Of a stretch of 64,000 nucleotides of DNA, positions 8,216 to 17,591 are shown in pieces. The position numbers and the translations under genes were made by a program. The stretch comes from an uncultured Enterobacteriaceae bacterium (GTDB taxonomy: Bacteria; Verrucomicrobiota; Verrucomicrobiia; Opitutales; UBA953). Below the pieces are notes generated by a model. That model saw nothing but the letters and a program-made list of their open reading frames with translations. It ran no database searches and was not told the DNA's origin. Positions within the stretch are counted from its first letter, which is position 1, and each line of letters opens with the position of its first letter. The stretch covers positions 104 to 64,103 of the forward strand of contig CAZWIK010000007.1 of the NCBI GenBank assembly GCA_964633895.1. Direction: 5' to 3'.

Positions 8216-9545
8216 TCCGAGAAAATACGCGTTTCCGCGAAAGATTTTTGTTCACGCGGAGACCGAGAATGAGCGCGATCGCCGCCAGCCCCGCGGCGAG
8301 TCCGATCCAGACGCCCGCGCCGTTCATTCCGAGCGGGAACGCGAGAATCAGCGCGGCGGGGCAGCCGATGAGCCAGTAGCTGACGAACGCCGCGCCGGCG
8401 ATGATGCGCACGTCGCCCAAGCCGCGCAGCGTTCCCGCGGCAATCGTCTGGAATCCGTCGAAAAGCATATACGCGCAGGCGATCAGTAGAAACGTCGCGG
8501 ACAGCGCCGAGGCTTCTTCGCCGAGATTGAAGAGCCGCGGGACGTCTTCGCGGAAATAGGTCCACGCGACGGCGTTTATTCCCATCAGCGCGAGCGTGAA
8601 GAGCGTCGCTCCCGCAAAAATCACGCGGATTCGCGGCGTATCCCCTTGCCCAAACGCTTCGCCGACGCGGATTGAAAGCGCCTGCGACACGCCGAGCGGA
8701 ATCATGTAGACGAGCGACGAAAGCGTGATGACGACCTGATTCGCCGCGATGGACGCTTCGCTGATCCAGCCCATGAAGAACGGCGTGAGAATGAAAAGCC
8801 CAGCCTCGAAAAGAATGTGCAGCGCGCTCGGCACGCCGACGCGGAGATTCTCCCGAATTTCCCGCGCCGAAAATCCGCGACCGAAGCGGCAGTCGAGTTT
8901 TTTCTGAATCGAAATTCCCGCGACGGAAATCAGGCGCGAAAAAAGCGTTCCCGCCGCCGCGCCTTCCAGCCCCCAATTCGGGAAACCGAGCGAGCCAGAC
9001 ATCAGTGCCCAGTTCAGAAAAACGTTCGCGCCCAAGCCGACGAGCGTCCATTGCAACGAAAGCCATTGCCCGCCGGTCGCGTCGCGAAACGATTTCAGAA
9101 CCTGAAACGCGGCGGCGGCGGGAACGGAAAGCGCGATGATGTAGGCGAAATTTTTCGCGTAATCGGCGACGCTCGCCGGCTGTCCGAGCATTTTCAGCCC
9201 GTCGGCGAAAATGAACGCGCACACGAGCGCGGCACCGATGACGGAAATGCCGACGCTGATGAGCAGCCCGTGGCGCAGGATTCCGGGAACGTCCTCGCGC
9301 CGTCCCGCACCGCGTGCCTGCGACGTCAGCACGGGAACGGCGACCGCCAGCCCGATGGCGAGTAGCAGCGGCGGCCAGTTCGCGTTGTTGCCGAGCGTCG
9401 CCGCGGCGAGCGCGTGTTCGCCCAGCATGTTCCCGATCATCACCGTGTCGATGACGCCGAAAAGCCCCTGCCCGAGCAGTCCGATCGTGATGGGAACGGA
9501 GAGGTGAAACGTGTAAATGAATTCTCTTCGGATTGCCGAAAACAT
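8196..9545 (-). CDS. MATE family efflux transporter
   Basis: About 12 hydrophobic segments with typical MATE motifs (LSVPITIGLL..GVIDTVMIG, LRGLGD, GVWIGL). Start moved to MFSAIRREF. Confidence 0.9.
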   Translation of the reverse strand: MFSAIRREFIYTFHLSVPITIGLLGQGLFGVIDTVMIGNMLGEHALAAATLGNNANWPPLLLAIGLAVAVPVLTSQARGAGRREDVPGILRHGLLISVGISVIGAALVCAFIFADGLKMLGQPASVADYAKNFAYIIALSVPAAAAFQVLKSFRDATGGQWLSLQWTLVGLGANVFLNWALMSGSLGFPNWGLEGAAAGTLFSRLISVAGISIQKKLDCRFGRGFSAREIRENLRVGVPSALHILFEAGLFILTPFFMGWISEASIAANQVVITLSSLVYMIPLGVSQALSIRVGEAFGQGDTPRIRVIFAGATLFTLALMGINAVAWTYFREDVPRLFNLGEEASALSATFLLIACAYMLFDGFQTIAAGTLRGLGDVRIIAGAAFVSYWLIGCPAALILAFPLGMNGAGVWIGLAAGLAAIALILGLRVNKNLSRKRVFSRNASEKN

Positions 9546-9730
9546 AAGTTCGCGTCTTCCATAACATAAAGCGCGGCGGGAACGCAAGAACGCCGAGAAA
9601 TCGCGGCGCGGAAGCGCGTCCGCGCTCCCGTGCGGCACGTCCGGAAGCGCGGCGACGTTTTCGCTCCGGATTCGATTTTTAATTGAAAACGCGGCGGGAA
9701 TGGATTGCATTATGCGCAGGCGGAAAATCC

Positions 9731-10366
9731 ATGGGCGAAGAATACAAATGTGATATTTGCGGCGCGCCGGCGAGCGTGCATCTGACGCAGATCGTGGACG
9801 GAAAAATCCACAAGGTTCACCTCTGCGAAAAATGCGCGGCGAAGAGCAAAGTCGCGGAGCTGCCGATTCTGAAATTTACGGAAATGCTCGCAAAGACGCT
9901 CGCGTCCGGCGGGAAAAAGTCGGAGGAGGAAGTCGCGGGAACGGAAGCCGTCGGGCGCGCCCCGACGAAGATTTGTCCGGTTTGCGGCATGACGGATGTC
10001 GTTTTCGAAAAAAAGCATTTGTTCGGCTGCCCGCATTGCTATGAAGTTTTTTCCGAGGAAATTTCCGCGATGCTGCCCAAAATTCAGCGCGGAAAAAATT
10101 ATCGCGGGGACGCTTTCGTCAAAAAGAACGCGGGCGGGGAAACGCCGTCCGCCGCGAAAGACGCGGGAACGCTTCGCGCCGAGCTGAAATCCGCCGTCGA
10201 AAAGGAAGATTACGCGCTCGCCGCCCGCCTTCGCGACGAGCTGCGCGCGCTTGAAGCGGAAGGGAAAAAGAAGCCGCGCGTTCCCGCGGCGAAAAAACGT
10301 CCGTCCGCGAAGGGCACTCCCGCCGCCGCGCAGAGGAAAAAATCTTCCGGAGGACGCGCGGCATGA
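9731..10366 (+). CDS. mcsA: McsA (UvrB/UvrC-motif zinc protein)
   Basis: Four CxxC pairs (CDIC, CEKC, CPVC, CPHC), UVR motif AVEKEDYALAARLRD, upstream of mcsB. Confidence 0.9.
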   Translation: MGEEYKCDICGAPASVHLTQIVDGKIHKVHLCEKCAAKSKVAELPILKFTEMLAKTLASGGKKSEEEVAGTEAVGRAPTKICPVCGMTDVVFEKKHLFGCPHCYEVFSEEISAMLPKIQRGKNYRGDAFVKKNAGGETPSAAKDAGTLRAELKSAVEKEDYALAARLRDELRALEAEGKKKPRVPAAKKRPSAKGTPAAAQRKKSSGGRAA

Positions 10367-11463
10367 GCGATTCGTTCGACGAATTTCTCGCGGAAACTTC
10401 CGCTCCCGCGCGCGGCGGAAACGCGCGCGTTCCCGCGCATCCGTGCGCGCTCGGCGTGCGCGTCCGTCTGGCGAGAAATCTCGCGGGAACGCCGTTTCCG
10501 AACTGGGCGGGCGCGGCGCGGCGGAAACAGGTTTTCGAAAAAATTTCTTCGGCGGCGGCGCGCGTTCCCGCGTTGAAGGACGCGTTTGTCTTCGAGCGGG
10601 AACGGCTTTCTCCCGTGCGGCGGGATTTCTTCGTCGAGCGGCGCTGCATTTCGTCCGATCTCGCGGGCGAGGGGAGCGGCGTCATCATTTCGCGTTCCCG
10701 CGACGCCGCGTTGATGATCAACGAAGAAGATCACCTGCGGATGCAGTTTTTCGCCGCCGGCGACGATTTCGGCGCGGCGTGGACGAAAGCCCGCGCGACG
10801 GAAAACGCGCTCGCCGAACATCTCGATTTCGCGTTTTCCGAAAAATACGGTTTTCAGACCGCTTGCCCGACGAACGCGGGAACGGGGCTGCGAATTTCCG
10901 TCATGCTGCATCTTCCCGGATTCGTGATGGAAGGGCAGATGGAGAAAATTTTCCGCGCGCTGAGCGCCGTCGGTCTTACCGTGCGCGGCGCGCTCGGCGA
11001 AGGTTCGGAATCCAAGGGCTGCGTCTTTCAGATTTCCAACGAATACACGCTCGGCATCAGCGAAAACGAGACGCTCGCGCTGATGCGCCGCTGGACGAGC
11101 GACGTCGTCGAACAGGAACTCGCCGCGCGGCGGCGGATTTTTTCGCGGGAACGCTTTCGCATCGCCGACCGCATCGCGCGCGCCTACGGCAGTTTGCGCT
11201 ACGCCGTCGCCATTTCCGCCGACGAATCGACGGAGTTGCTTTCGCTTTTGCGCATGGCGTGCGACGCCGGCGCGTTCCCGCCGAAAATGCGGGAATGCGC
11301 GGACGAACTTTTTCTCGAAACGGGGCGCGCCCACATCGCGTGCCGCGCGGCGTTCCGCGGCATCGTCTGCGACGAATCGCGCGAAAATCTCTTGCGCGCG
11401 AAGCTGTTTCGTGAGACGCTCTCCGCAATCCGTCCCCCCGTTTTCCCCGATTTTCTGAAATAA
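10363..11463 (+). CDS. mcsB: Protein arginine kinase McsB
   Basis: RVRLARN, INEEDHLR, TACPTNAGTGLR and FQISNEYTLG motifs. Confidence 0.92.
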   Translation: MSDSFDEFLAETSAPARGGNARVPAHPCALGVRVRLARNLAGTPFPNWAGAARRKQVFEKISSAAARVPALKDAFVFERERLSPVRRDFFVERRCISSDLAGEGSGVIISRSRDAALMINEEDHLRMQFFAAGDDFGAAWTKARATENALAEHLDFAFSEKYGFQTACPTNAGTGLRISVMLHLPGFVMEGQMEKIFRALSAVGLTVRGALGEGSESKGCVFQISNEYTLGISENETLALMRRWTSDVVEQELAARRRIFSRERFRIADRIARAYGSLRYAVAISADESTELLSLLRMACDAGAFPPKMRECADELFLETGRAHIACRAAFRGIVCDESRENLLRAKLFRETLSAIRPPVFPDFLK

Positions 11464-11469
11464 ATCCGC

Positions 11470-12204
11470 ATGAGCATTTCTCCGCAGAAAAAGACGCCTT
11501 GGCGCGTCGCCGGAAAGAGCGACGTCGGCGTTGTGCGGCGCACGAACGAAGATGCTTTTTTATGCGATGAAGCGCGCGGATTTTTCGCCGTCGCCGACGG
11601 CGTCGGAGGCTTGGATTTCGGCGAAAAAGCGAGCCGCGCCGCCGTGGAAAGCGCGGGAAAAATTTTCGGTGCGCTGGGCGTTCCCGCGACGGAGCGTCCT
11701 GATTTTTCCGCGATTTTCCGAAAAATCGACGAAGAAATCGGCGCGTTGGGCGAATCGCTCGTTCCCGGATTCGGCATCGCGACGACGCTCGACGTCGTCG
11801 TCGACGGCGGGAACGGCACGGTTCATTTCGCGCATCTCGGCGATTCCGGAATTTTTCTTTTTCGCGGGAACGAACTCGTTTTGCTTTCCGAAGAACACAC
11901 GATGGCGACGGCAGAACGCGCGCGCGGGAACGAAAATTTTCCCGTCGCTTACGCGAACACGCTGACGCGCGCGCTCGGCGTCGGCATCTGCTGCGAGCCG
12001 CAGGTTTTTTCGCTCGCGCTCAAGCCCGGCGATAGAATTTTGGTCGCGACGGACGGCATCACGCGTGCGCTGCCTTTCCGGCGGATCGAAAAAATCGTCG
12101 GCGCTCCCGCGGGAACGCCGGAAAAAATCGCCGACGCGCTGATCGCCGCCGCGAACGATTGCGGAGGGAACGACAATTCGACCGCCGTTCTCGCGTTTTT
12201 CTGA
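11470..12204 (+). CDS. PP2C-family Ser/Thr protein phosphatase
   Basis: RRTNED, VADGVGG, HLGDS, TDG and GGNDNST motifs. Confidence 0.9.
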   Translation: MSISPQKKTPWRVAGKSDVGVVRRTNEDAFLCDEARGFFAVADGVGGLDFGEKASRAAVESAGKIFGALGVPATERPDFSAIFRKIDEEIGALGESLVPGFGIATTLDVVVDGGNGTVHFAHLGDSGIFLFRGNELVLLSEEHTMATAERARGNENFPVAYANTLTRALGVGICCEPQVFSLALKPGDRILVATDGITRALPFRRIEKIVGAPAGTPEKIADALIAAANDCGGNDNSTAVLAFF

Positions 12205-12223
12205 TTTTTTTTCGTCGCGCATC

Positions 12224-12940
12224 ATGACGCTCACACTTCTCATCGACTACATCGGGACATTTGCGTTCGCGATTTCCGGAATCCGCCGTTCTTCGGCGAA
12301 GCATTTCGATTTGTTCGGCGCGTATATCGTTGGACTGGCGACCGCCTGCGGCGGCGGCACGTTGCGCGACATCATGCTTGGGCAGACGCCGTTTTGGATG
12401 TGTTCGAAAACGCCGTTCTGGATGGGCGGCTATTTTTATCTGCTCGTCGTGGTGTTCGCGCTCGTGCTCGTTTCTCTGCTCGGGCGGTGGCTGATGCGCA
12501 TGAACGATTCGATTTTCATGTTCGACGCGATCGGGCTCGGCATGTTTACCGTGATTGGCATCGAAAAAACGCTGGACTGCGGCTTTCCGCTTTGGGTCGC
12601 GATCCTAATGGGAATGATTACGGGAGCGGGCGGCGGCGTTTTCCGTGACATTTTCATCAACGTCGAGCCGCTGATTTTCAGAAAGGACATTTACGCGCTC
12701 GCCTGCGTTTTCGGCGGGATCGTTTTCGCGGTCTGCATGGCGGCGGGGCTGGCGCGGGACTCGGCGGCGATTCAGATCATCACAGCGCTGAGCGTGATCG
12801 CGTTGCGCTGCGCCGCGATGAAATACCACGTCAGTCTGCCGACGTTGCGCCGCGACGTCGCCGAGCACGACGAAGCGGATTTGCCCGACGCGGAAGAGTT
12901 GAAAAAACTTCATCTTCACGACGAGAACGGCGACCTCTGA
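12224..12940 (+). CDS. TRIC/UPF0126 family membrane protein
   Basis: FAISG, TACGGGTLRD, FDAIGLG and TGAGGGVFRD repeats. Confidence 0.9.
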   Translation: MTLTLLIDYIGTFAFAISGIRRSSAKHFDLFGAYIVGLATACGGGTLRDIMLGQTPFWMCSKTPFWMGGYFYLLVVVFALVLVSLLGRWLMRMNDSIFMFDAIGLGMFTVIGIEKTLDCGFPLWVAILMGMITGAGGGVFRDIFINVEPLIFRKDIYALACVFGGIVFAVCMAAGLARDSAAIQIITALSVIALRCAAMKYHVSLPTLRRDVAEHDEADLPDAEELKKLHLHDENGDL

Positions 12941-12942
12941 TT

Positions 12943-12986
12943 CGCGGCGTTCCCGTGGGGCTGGCGCGACGGGAACGCCGCGGTTT
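12943..12986 (+). terminator. Hairpin with a stem built from an inverted pair of the abundant motif
   Basis: cgcggcgttcccgt (12943-12956) and acgggaacgccgcg (12969-12982) are perfect 14-bp arms just after the stop codon; the T tail is short. Confidence 0.55.
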
Positions 12987-13027
12987 GACGCTTTCAATTT
13001 ATCCGTTCCCGCGCTAAACTCGGGCGC

Positions 13028-13483
13028 ATGAAAAAAATCGGAATATTGAACGGCGTGAATCTCAATCGCCTCGGCGTGCGCGAACCCGAAATTTACGGGA
13101 AGACGACGCTCGACGATCTCGAGCGCAATCTGAAAGAGACGGCGGGGACGCTCGGCGTGGAAATAGACTGTTTCCAGAGCAATCACGAGGGCGCGCTCGT
13201 CGATAAAATCTGCGAATGGACGGATCGCGGGTTTTCCGGTCTGGTCTTCAATCCCGGCGCGTTCACGCACACGAGCGTCGCGCTGCGCGACTGCATTTCC
13301 GGTTGCGGCATTCCGACGATCGAGGTTCATATTTCCAACGTTTACACGCGCGAGGAATTTCGGCACAAGTCGCTGATCGCGCCGGTCTGCGTCGGGCAGA
13401 TCGCCGGTCTCGGTTTGGCGGGCTACGATCTCGCGCTTTTCTGGCACGCGAACGTCAACGGCGCGCTGCTCGTCGCCAAATAA
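13028..13483 (+). CDS. aroQ: Type II 3-dehydroquinate dehydratase
   Basis: LNGVNLNRLGVREPEIYG, FQSNHEG, NPGAFTHTS and EVHISN. Confidence 0.95.
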   Translation: MKKIGILNGVNLNRLGVREPEIYGKTTLDDLERNLKETAGTLGVEIDCFQSNHEGALVDKICEWTDRGFSGLVFNPGAFTHTSVALRDCISGCGIPTIEVHISNVYTREEFRHKSLIAPVCVGQIAGLGLAGYDLALFWHANVNGALLVAK

Positions 13484-13505
13484 TTTTTTTTCGGAAAAGG
13501 AAAAA

Positions 13506-14480
13506 ATGCCCGCAGATTCGGAAAGCGCGCAGGAAAAAATCGTGAGCGTTCCCGCGGAATGCGGCGGAATGCGCGCGGACAAGGTGCTCGCGGAGCTTTT
13601 CCCCGAAACGAGCCGTTCCCGTTTGCAGAAAATCATCGACGCGGGCGACGCGACGCTCGACGGAAAAGCGCTCGCGCGGAAGACGCCCGTTCCCGCCGGC
13701 GCGGAAATCCGCGTGGTTTTCCCGGCGGAAGCCCCTTCCGCGCTCGTTCCCGCGGACATTCCGCTCGACGTCCTTTTCGAGGACGAGCACGTCATCGCCG
13801 TCAACAAGGCGGCGGGAATCGTGACGCATCCGGGCGCGGGAACGGGCGACGACACGCTCGTTCACGCGTTGCTTCACCGCACGGGCGGAAAACTCGCTCC
13901 CGCGGGCGGCGCGGCGCGCCCGGGCGTCGTTCACCGCTTGGACAAGGAGACTTCCGGCGTGATGATTTTCGCGAAGACGGACGCGGCTTATTACGCGCTG
14001 ATCGAAAAATTTTCCGCGCGGGAACTCGACAAGCAGTATCTCGCGCTGGTCGACGGCGCGCCGGATCTGCTCGCGGGCGTCGTCCGCGAACCGATCGACC
14101 GCCACCCGACGAACCGCACGAAAATGTGCGTGTGCGAAAACGGCAAACTCGCGCGGACGGACTGGTTCGTCGAAGAGCGTTTCGGCGATCGCGCCGCGCT
14201 CGTGCGCTGCATTCTGCACACGGGGCGCACGCACCAGATCCGCGTGCATCTCGCGTTCATCGGACATCCGATTCTCGGCGATTCGACTTACGGAAAAATC
14301 CAGCATCGGCACGAAGGTTTTCCAATACCGCGCGTGATGCTTCACGCGGAGCGACTTCGCCTCGCACACCCGATTACGGGCGAGGAACTCGATTTGCGCG
14401 CGCCGCTTCCGCCGGATTTTCACAATCTCGCGGAATACCTGCGGGAACGCTTCGGCTCCCGCGTCATCTGCCGAAACTGA
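13506..14480 (+). CDS. rluD: RluA/RluD family 23S rRNA pseudouridine synthase
   Basis: N-terminal S4-like domain, GVVHRLDKETSG and HTGRTHQIRVH. Confidence 0.85.
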   Translation: MPADSESAQEKIVSVPAECGGMRADKVLAELFPETSRSRLQKIIDAGDATLDGKALARKTPVPAGAEIRVVFPAEAPSALVPADIPLDVLFEDEHVIAVNKAAGIVTHPGAGTGDDTLVHALLHRTGGKLAPAGGAARPGVVHRLDKETSGVMIFAKTDAAYYALIEKFSARELDKQYLALVDGAPDLLAGVVREPIDRHPTNRTKMCVCENGKLARTDWFVEERFGDRAALVRCILHTGRTHQIRVHLAFIGHPILGDSTYGKIQHRHEGFPIPRVMLHAERLRLAHPITGEELDLRAPLPPDFHNLAEYLRERFGSRVICRN

Positions 14481-14596
14481 AAAACCGCGTCGGAGGCTGC
14501 GGGAACGCCCGCGTTTTCCGGCGCGTCAGATTTGTTTCGCGTTCCCGCGCGGGAACGCCTATTTTCTCCCGCCACGAATTTTTATTTTTTCAGGTT

Positions 14597-16240
14597 ATGA
14601 GCGAAGAACAGAAAAAATCCGGGAACGCGCTTGCGGACATTTCGCACGATCTTTTTGCCGTGCGCATGGAAAAACTGAACCAGCTCCGCGCGGCGGGCGA
14701 AGATCCGTTTCGCGCCGAGTGGTCGCAGACACACACGTCGAAGGACTGCGCCGCGCTGATGCAGCCGGCGATCGACGCCGCGAAAGCCGCGGGAACGGAC
14801 GTGCACGAGATTCCGTCGAGCGCGGAGGAAGTTTCTGTCGCCGGACGCGTCGTCGCCATCCGCGTTATGGGCAAGGCGAGCTTCATGAAAATTCTCGACC
14901 GCGACGGCGTGCAACAGATTTACCTCACGCGCGACATTCTCGGCGAAGACCGCTACAACAGGCATTTCAAAAAAATGATCGACGTTGGCGATTTCGTCGG
15001 CGTTCGCGGCGAGCTTTTCGTCACGAAGACGGGCGAAGTTACCGTCCGCTGCCGCGATTACGCGCTCGTCTCGAAAGCACTTCGCCCGCTTCCGGAAAAA
15101 TGGCACGGGATCACGGACGAGGAGCAGGTTTCGCGCCAGCGTTATCTCGATTTGATCGCGAATCCGGAATCGAAAAAGAGGCTTCTTCAGCGTTCGCGGA
15201 TCATCGCGGAAATCCGAAAATTTCTTTGGGGAAAAGATTTCGTCGAAGTCGAGACGCCCGCGCTTCATCCGATCGCCGGCGGCGCGGCGGCGCGTCCGTT
15301 CATCACGCATTTCAACGCGCTCGACTGCGAATTTTATCTGCGCATCGCGCTGGAACTTCACCTGAAGCGCTGCCTCATCGGCGGGATCGAGCGCGTTTTC
15401 GAAATCGGACGCGTTTTCCGCAACGAAGGCATGGATCGCCGCCACAATCCGGAATTTACGATGATGGAAATTTATCAGGCGTATTCCGATTATCAAGGCA
15501 TGATGACGCTCATCCGCGAAATGATTCAGCACTTGTGCAGAACCGTCATCGGCTCGACGACGATCACGCGCTACGACGGGCAGGTCATCGAGCTGGGCGG
15601 CAAATGGCGCGTCGCCGATTACAAGGATCTCGTGCGGGAACGCACCGGACGCGCGGACTGGTTTGAGCTTTCCAAAGCGGAAAAAATCGCCGAATGCCGA
15701 CGCATGGCGGACGAAATCCGCGCGAAAGCGAAGGCGGACGCCGAAGCCGCGGGAACGGAACTCAAAAACAAGGACCTGATGGTTCCCGATCCGCGCGAAG
15801 ACTGGGAAGACTACGAAGTCACGAACGAAGTTTACAGCAAGCTCATCGAACCGAATCTGATTCAGCCGACTTTCGTCACGCACATCATGAAAGAGCTTTG
15901 TCCGCTTGCGAAAATCAACCGCGAGGATCCGAGCGTCATCGACGTCTTTGAGCTTTGCATCAACGGGCAGGAAATCGCTCCAGCGTATTCCGAGCAGAAC
16001 GACCCGATCACGCAGCGGAAAATGTTCGAGTTGCAGGCGGGCGAGGAGCAGCAGAAAGTCGATCAGGATTTCCTGCTCGCGATGGAACACGGAATGCCGC
16101 CCGCCGGCGGCATGGGCGTCGGCGTTGATCGCCTCTGCATGTTGCTCACCGGCTGTGCGAACATTCGCGAGACGATTCTGTTCCCGACGCTCAAGCCCGA
16201 CTTTGTGTCCGGTTCGCAGGCGGCGGCGAAGCCGGAGTGA
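14597..16240 (+). CDS. lysS: Lysine--tRNA ligase (class II)
   Basis: Start MSEEQKK. Has RQRYLDL, GGAAARPFITH, FRNEG, HNPEFT and GMPPAGGMGVGVDRL. Confidence 0.97.
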   Translation: MSEEQKKSGNALADISHDLFAVRMEKLNQLRAAGEDPFRAEWSQTHTSKDCAALMQPAIDAAKAAGTDVHEIPSSAEEVSVAGRVVAIRVMGKASFMKILDRDGVQQIYLTRDILGEDRYNRHFKKMIDVGDFVGVRGELFVTKTGEVTVRCRDYALVSKALRPLPEKWHGITDEEQVSRQRYLDLIANPESKKRLLQRSRIIAEIRKFLWGKDFVEVETPALHPIAGGAAARPFITHFNALDCEFYLRIALELHLKRCLIGGIERVFEIGRVFRNEGMDRRHNPEFTMMEIYQAYSDYQGMMTLIREMIQHLCRTVIGSTTITRYDGQVIELGGKWRVADYKDLVRERTGRADWFELSKAEKIAECRRMADEIRAKAKADAEAAGTELKNKDLMVPDPREDWEDYEVTNEVYSKLIEPNLIQPTFVTHIMKELCPLAKINREDPSVIDVFELCINGQEIAPAYSEQNDPITQRKMFELQAGEEQQKVDQDFLLAMEHGMPPAGGMGVGVDRLCMLLTGCANIRETILFPTLKPDFVSGSQAAAKPE

Positions 16241-16350
16241 TTTCCGCGTTCCCGCAGAGCGTAAAAAAAATCTTGTTTGAAATCTGGCGTTTCCGCGCGG
16301 CGAAAACCGTTCCTGCGGGGACGCGGGAAAAACGGCGTGTGCGGGAACGG

Positions 16351-16905
16351 TCATTCGCCGAAAATTTCGGCGAGGCGTGCGACGATGCGTTCGGGCGCGG
16401 CGAGTTTTCCTTTCGCCGAAACGCCGCAGGCGAGAACGCCTTCTTCGGGGTCGACGAAGTATGCGCCGCGTTCCCGCAGAACGGCGAGATTCGCCTGCGT
16501 CGCGGGGTGTTCGAGCATGTTCACGTTCATCGCGGGCGCGATGACGACGGGAGCGCGCGTCGCCAGATAAACGCAGGAGAGCAGGTCGGGCGCGAGCCCG
16601 TGAGCGAAGCAGGCGAGCGCGTGCGCCGTCGCGGGAGCGACGAGAAGCGCGTCCGCCCATTCCGCGAACGAGATGTGTTCTGGCTTCCAGTCCGCGCCGA
16701 GTTCATGCCAGAGGCTCGTCGCTACGGGGCGTCGGGAAAGCGTTTGCAATGTGAGCGGCGCGATGAATTTCTGCGCTTCCCGCGTCATGAGCACTTGGAC
16801 TTCCGCGCCTTTTTTGACGAGCAGAGAAGCGAGGTCGGCGGCTTTGAACGCGGCGATCGAGCCCGTGACGCCGAGAATGATTTTTTTTCCTTCGAGAACC
16901 GGCAT
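16351..16905 (-). CDS. coaC: Phosphopantothenoylcysteine decarboxylase (CoaC-only flavoprotein)
   Basis: GVTGSIAAFK, APATA, PAMNVNM and LACG; about 184 aa, with no CoaB domain. Confidence 0.85.
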   Translation of the reverse strand: MPVLEGKKIILGVTGSIAAFKAADLASLLVKKGAEVQVLMTREAQKFIAPLTLQTLSRRPVATSLWHELGADWKPEHISFAEWADALLVAPATAHALACFAHGLAPDLLSCVYLATRAPVVIAPAMNVNMLEHPATQANLAVLRERGAYFVDPEEGVLACGVSAKGKLAAPERIVARLAEIFGE

Positions 16906-16926
16906 GATGCGGGAAATTTTACGCGG

Positions 16927-16958
16927 GCGTTCCCGCGCTTGTAAAACGGAAAAACGCG
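16927..16958 (+). repeat. 32-bp intergenic direct repeat, copy 1
   Basis: gcgttcccgcgcttgtaaaacggaaaaacgcg, identical to 38215-38246. Confidence 0.85.
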
Positions 16959-17087
16959 CGCCGCGGGAACGCTTTCGCCTTTGTGTTCTTGATTTTCGCA
17001 GGGCGATGTGCTTCAATCGCTGGCGTTCGGAAAAATGTTCCGGACGCTCGATAAAACATAATAATTACACCAACTCCATCCATATCA

Positions 17088-17447
17088 ATGAACGGACAAA
17101 TCAATATCACCGGCATCAATCTCGAACTTACAGAAGCGATCAAAAATTACGTAAGGGAAAAGGCGGCGAAGCTTTTCGAGCATAATGACCGCATCATCCG
17201 CGCGAATTTCGATTTGGAATACATTCCGACGAAAGCGCCGGAGCAGTCGTTCGTCGCGAAGTCGACCATCGAAATCGCAGGACCAAACATCGTGCTCAGC
17301 GTGACGTCGGCGGATCTCTACAAATCCATCGATGAGCTGATCGACAAGCTGATCCGCCAGATCCGCCGCGCGCATCGGCTCGAAAAGGAAAAACGGAATC
17401 ACCCGCAGGACATCGATATCGGCGACGACATTCCGAAAACGAAGTAA
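17088..17447 (+). CDS. hpf: Ribosome hibernation promoting factor (HPF/RaiA)
   Basis: ITGINLELTEAIKNYVREK and DLYKSIDELIDKLIRQIRR. Confidence 0.92.
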   Translation: MNGQINITGINLELTEAIKNYVREKAAKLFEHNDRIIRANFDLEYIPTKAPEQSFVAKSTIEIAGPNIVLSVTSADLYKSIDELIDKLIRQIRRAHRLEKEKRNHPQDIDIGDDIPKTK

Positions 17448-17461
17448 GATAAAAACACGTC

Positions 17462-17512
17462 GAACAAAAAAAAAGTCGGCGCGGCGGGAACGCGTCGGCT
17501 TTTTTTTTGTTC
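17462..17512 (+). terminator. Intrinsic terminator after hpf (A-run/stem/T-run; motif in loop)
   Basis: gaacA9gtcggcgcg-gcgggaa-cgcgtcggcT9gttc. Confidence 0.8.
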
Positions 17513-17591
17513 GGGGAAAAAACGCCGCGTGCGTTCCCGCGTCGCCGTTCTCGGTTTACAACCCGCGAAAAAAACTTTTTATTGTTCGGAA

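Noticed and set aside
16351-16905. Truncated coaBC pseudogene
   Set aside because: The ORF is an intact CoaC domain with normal ends, and split coaB/coaC genes are known.
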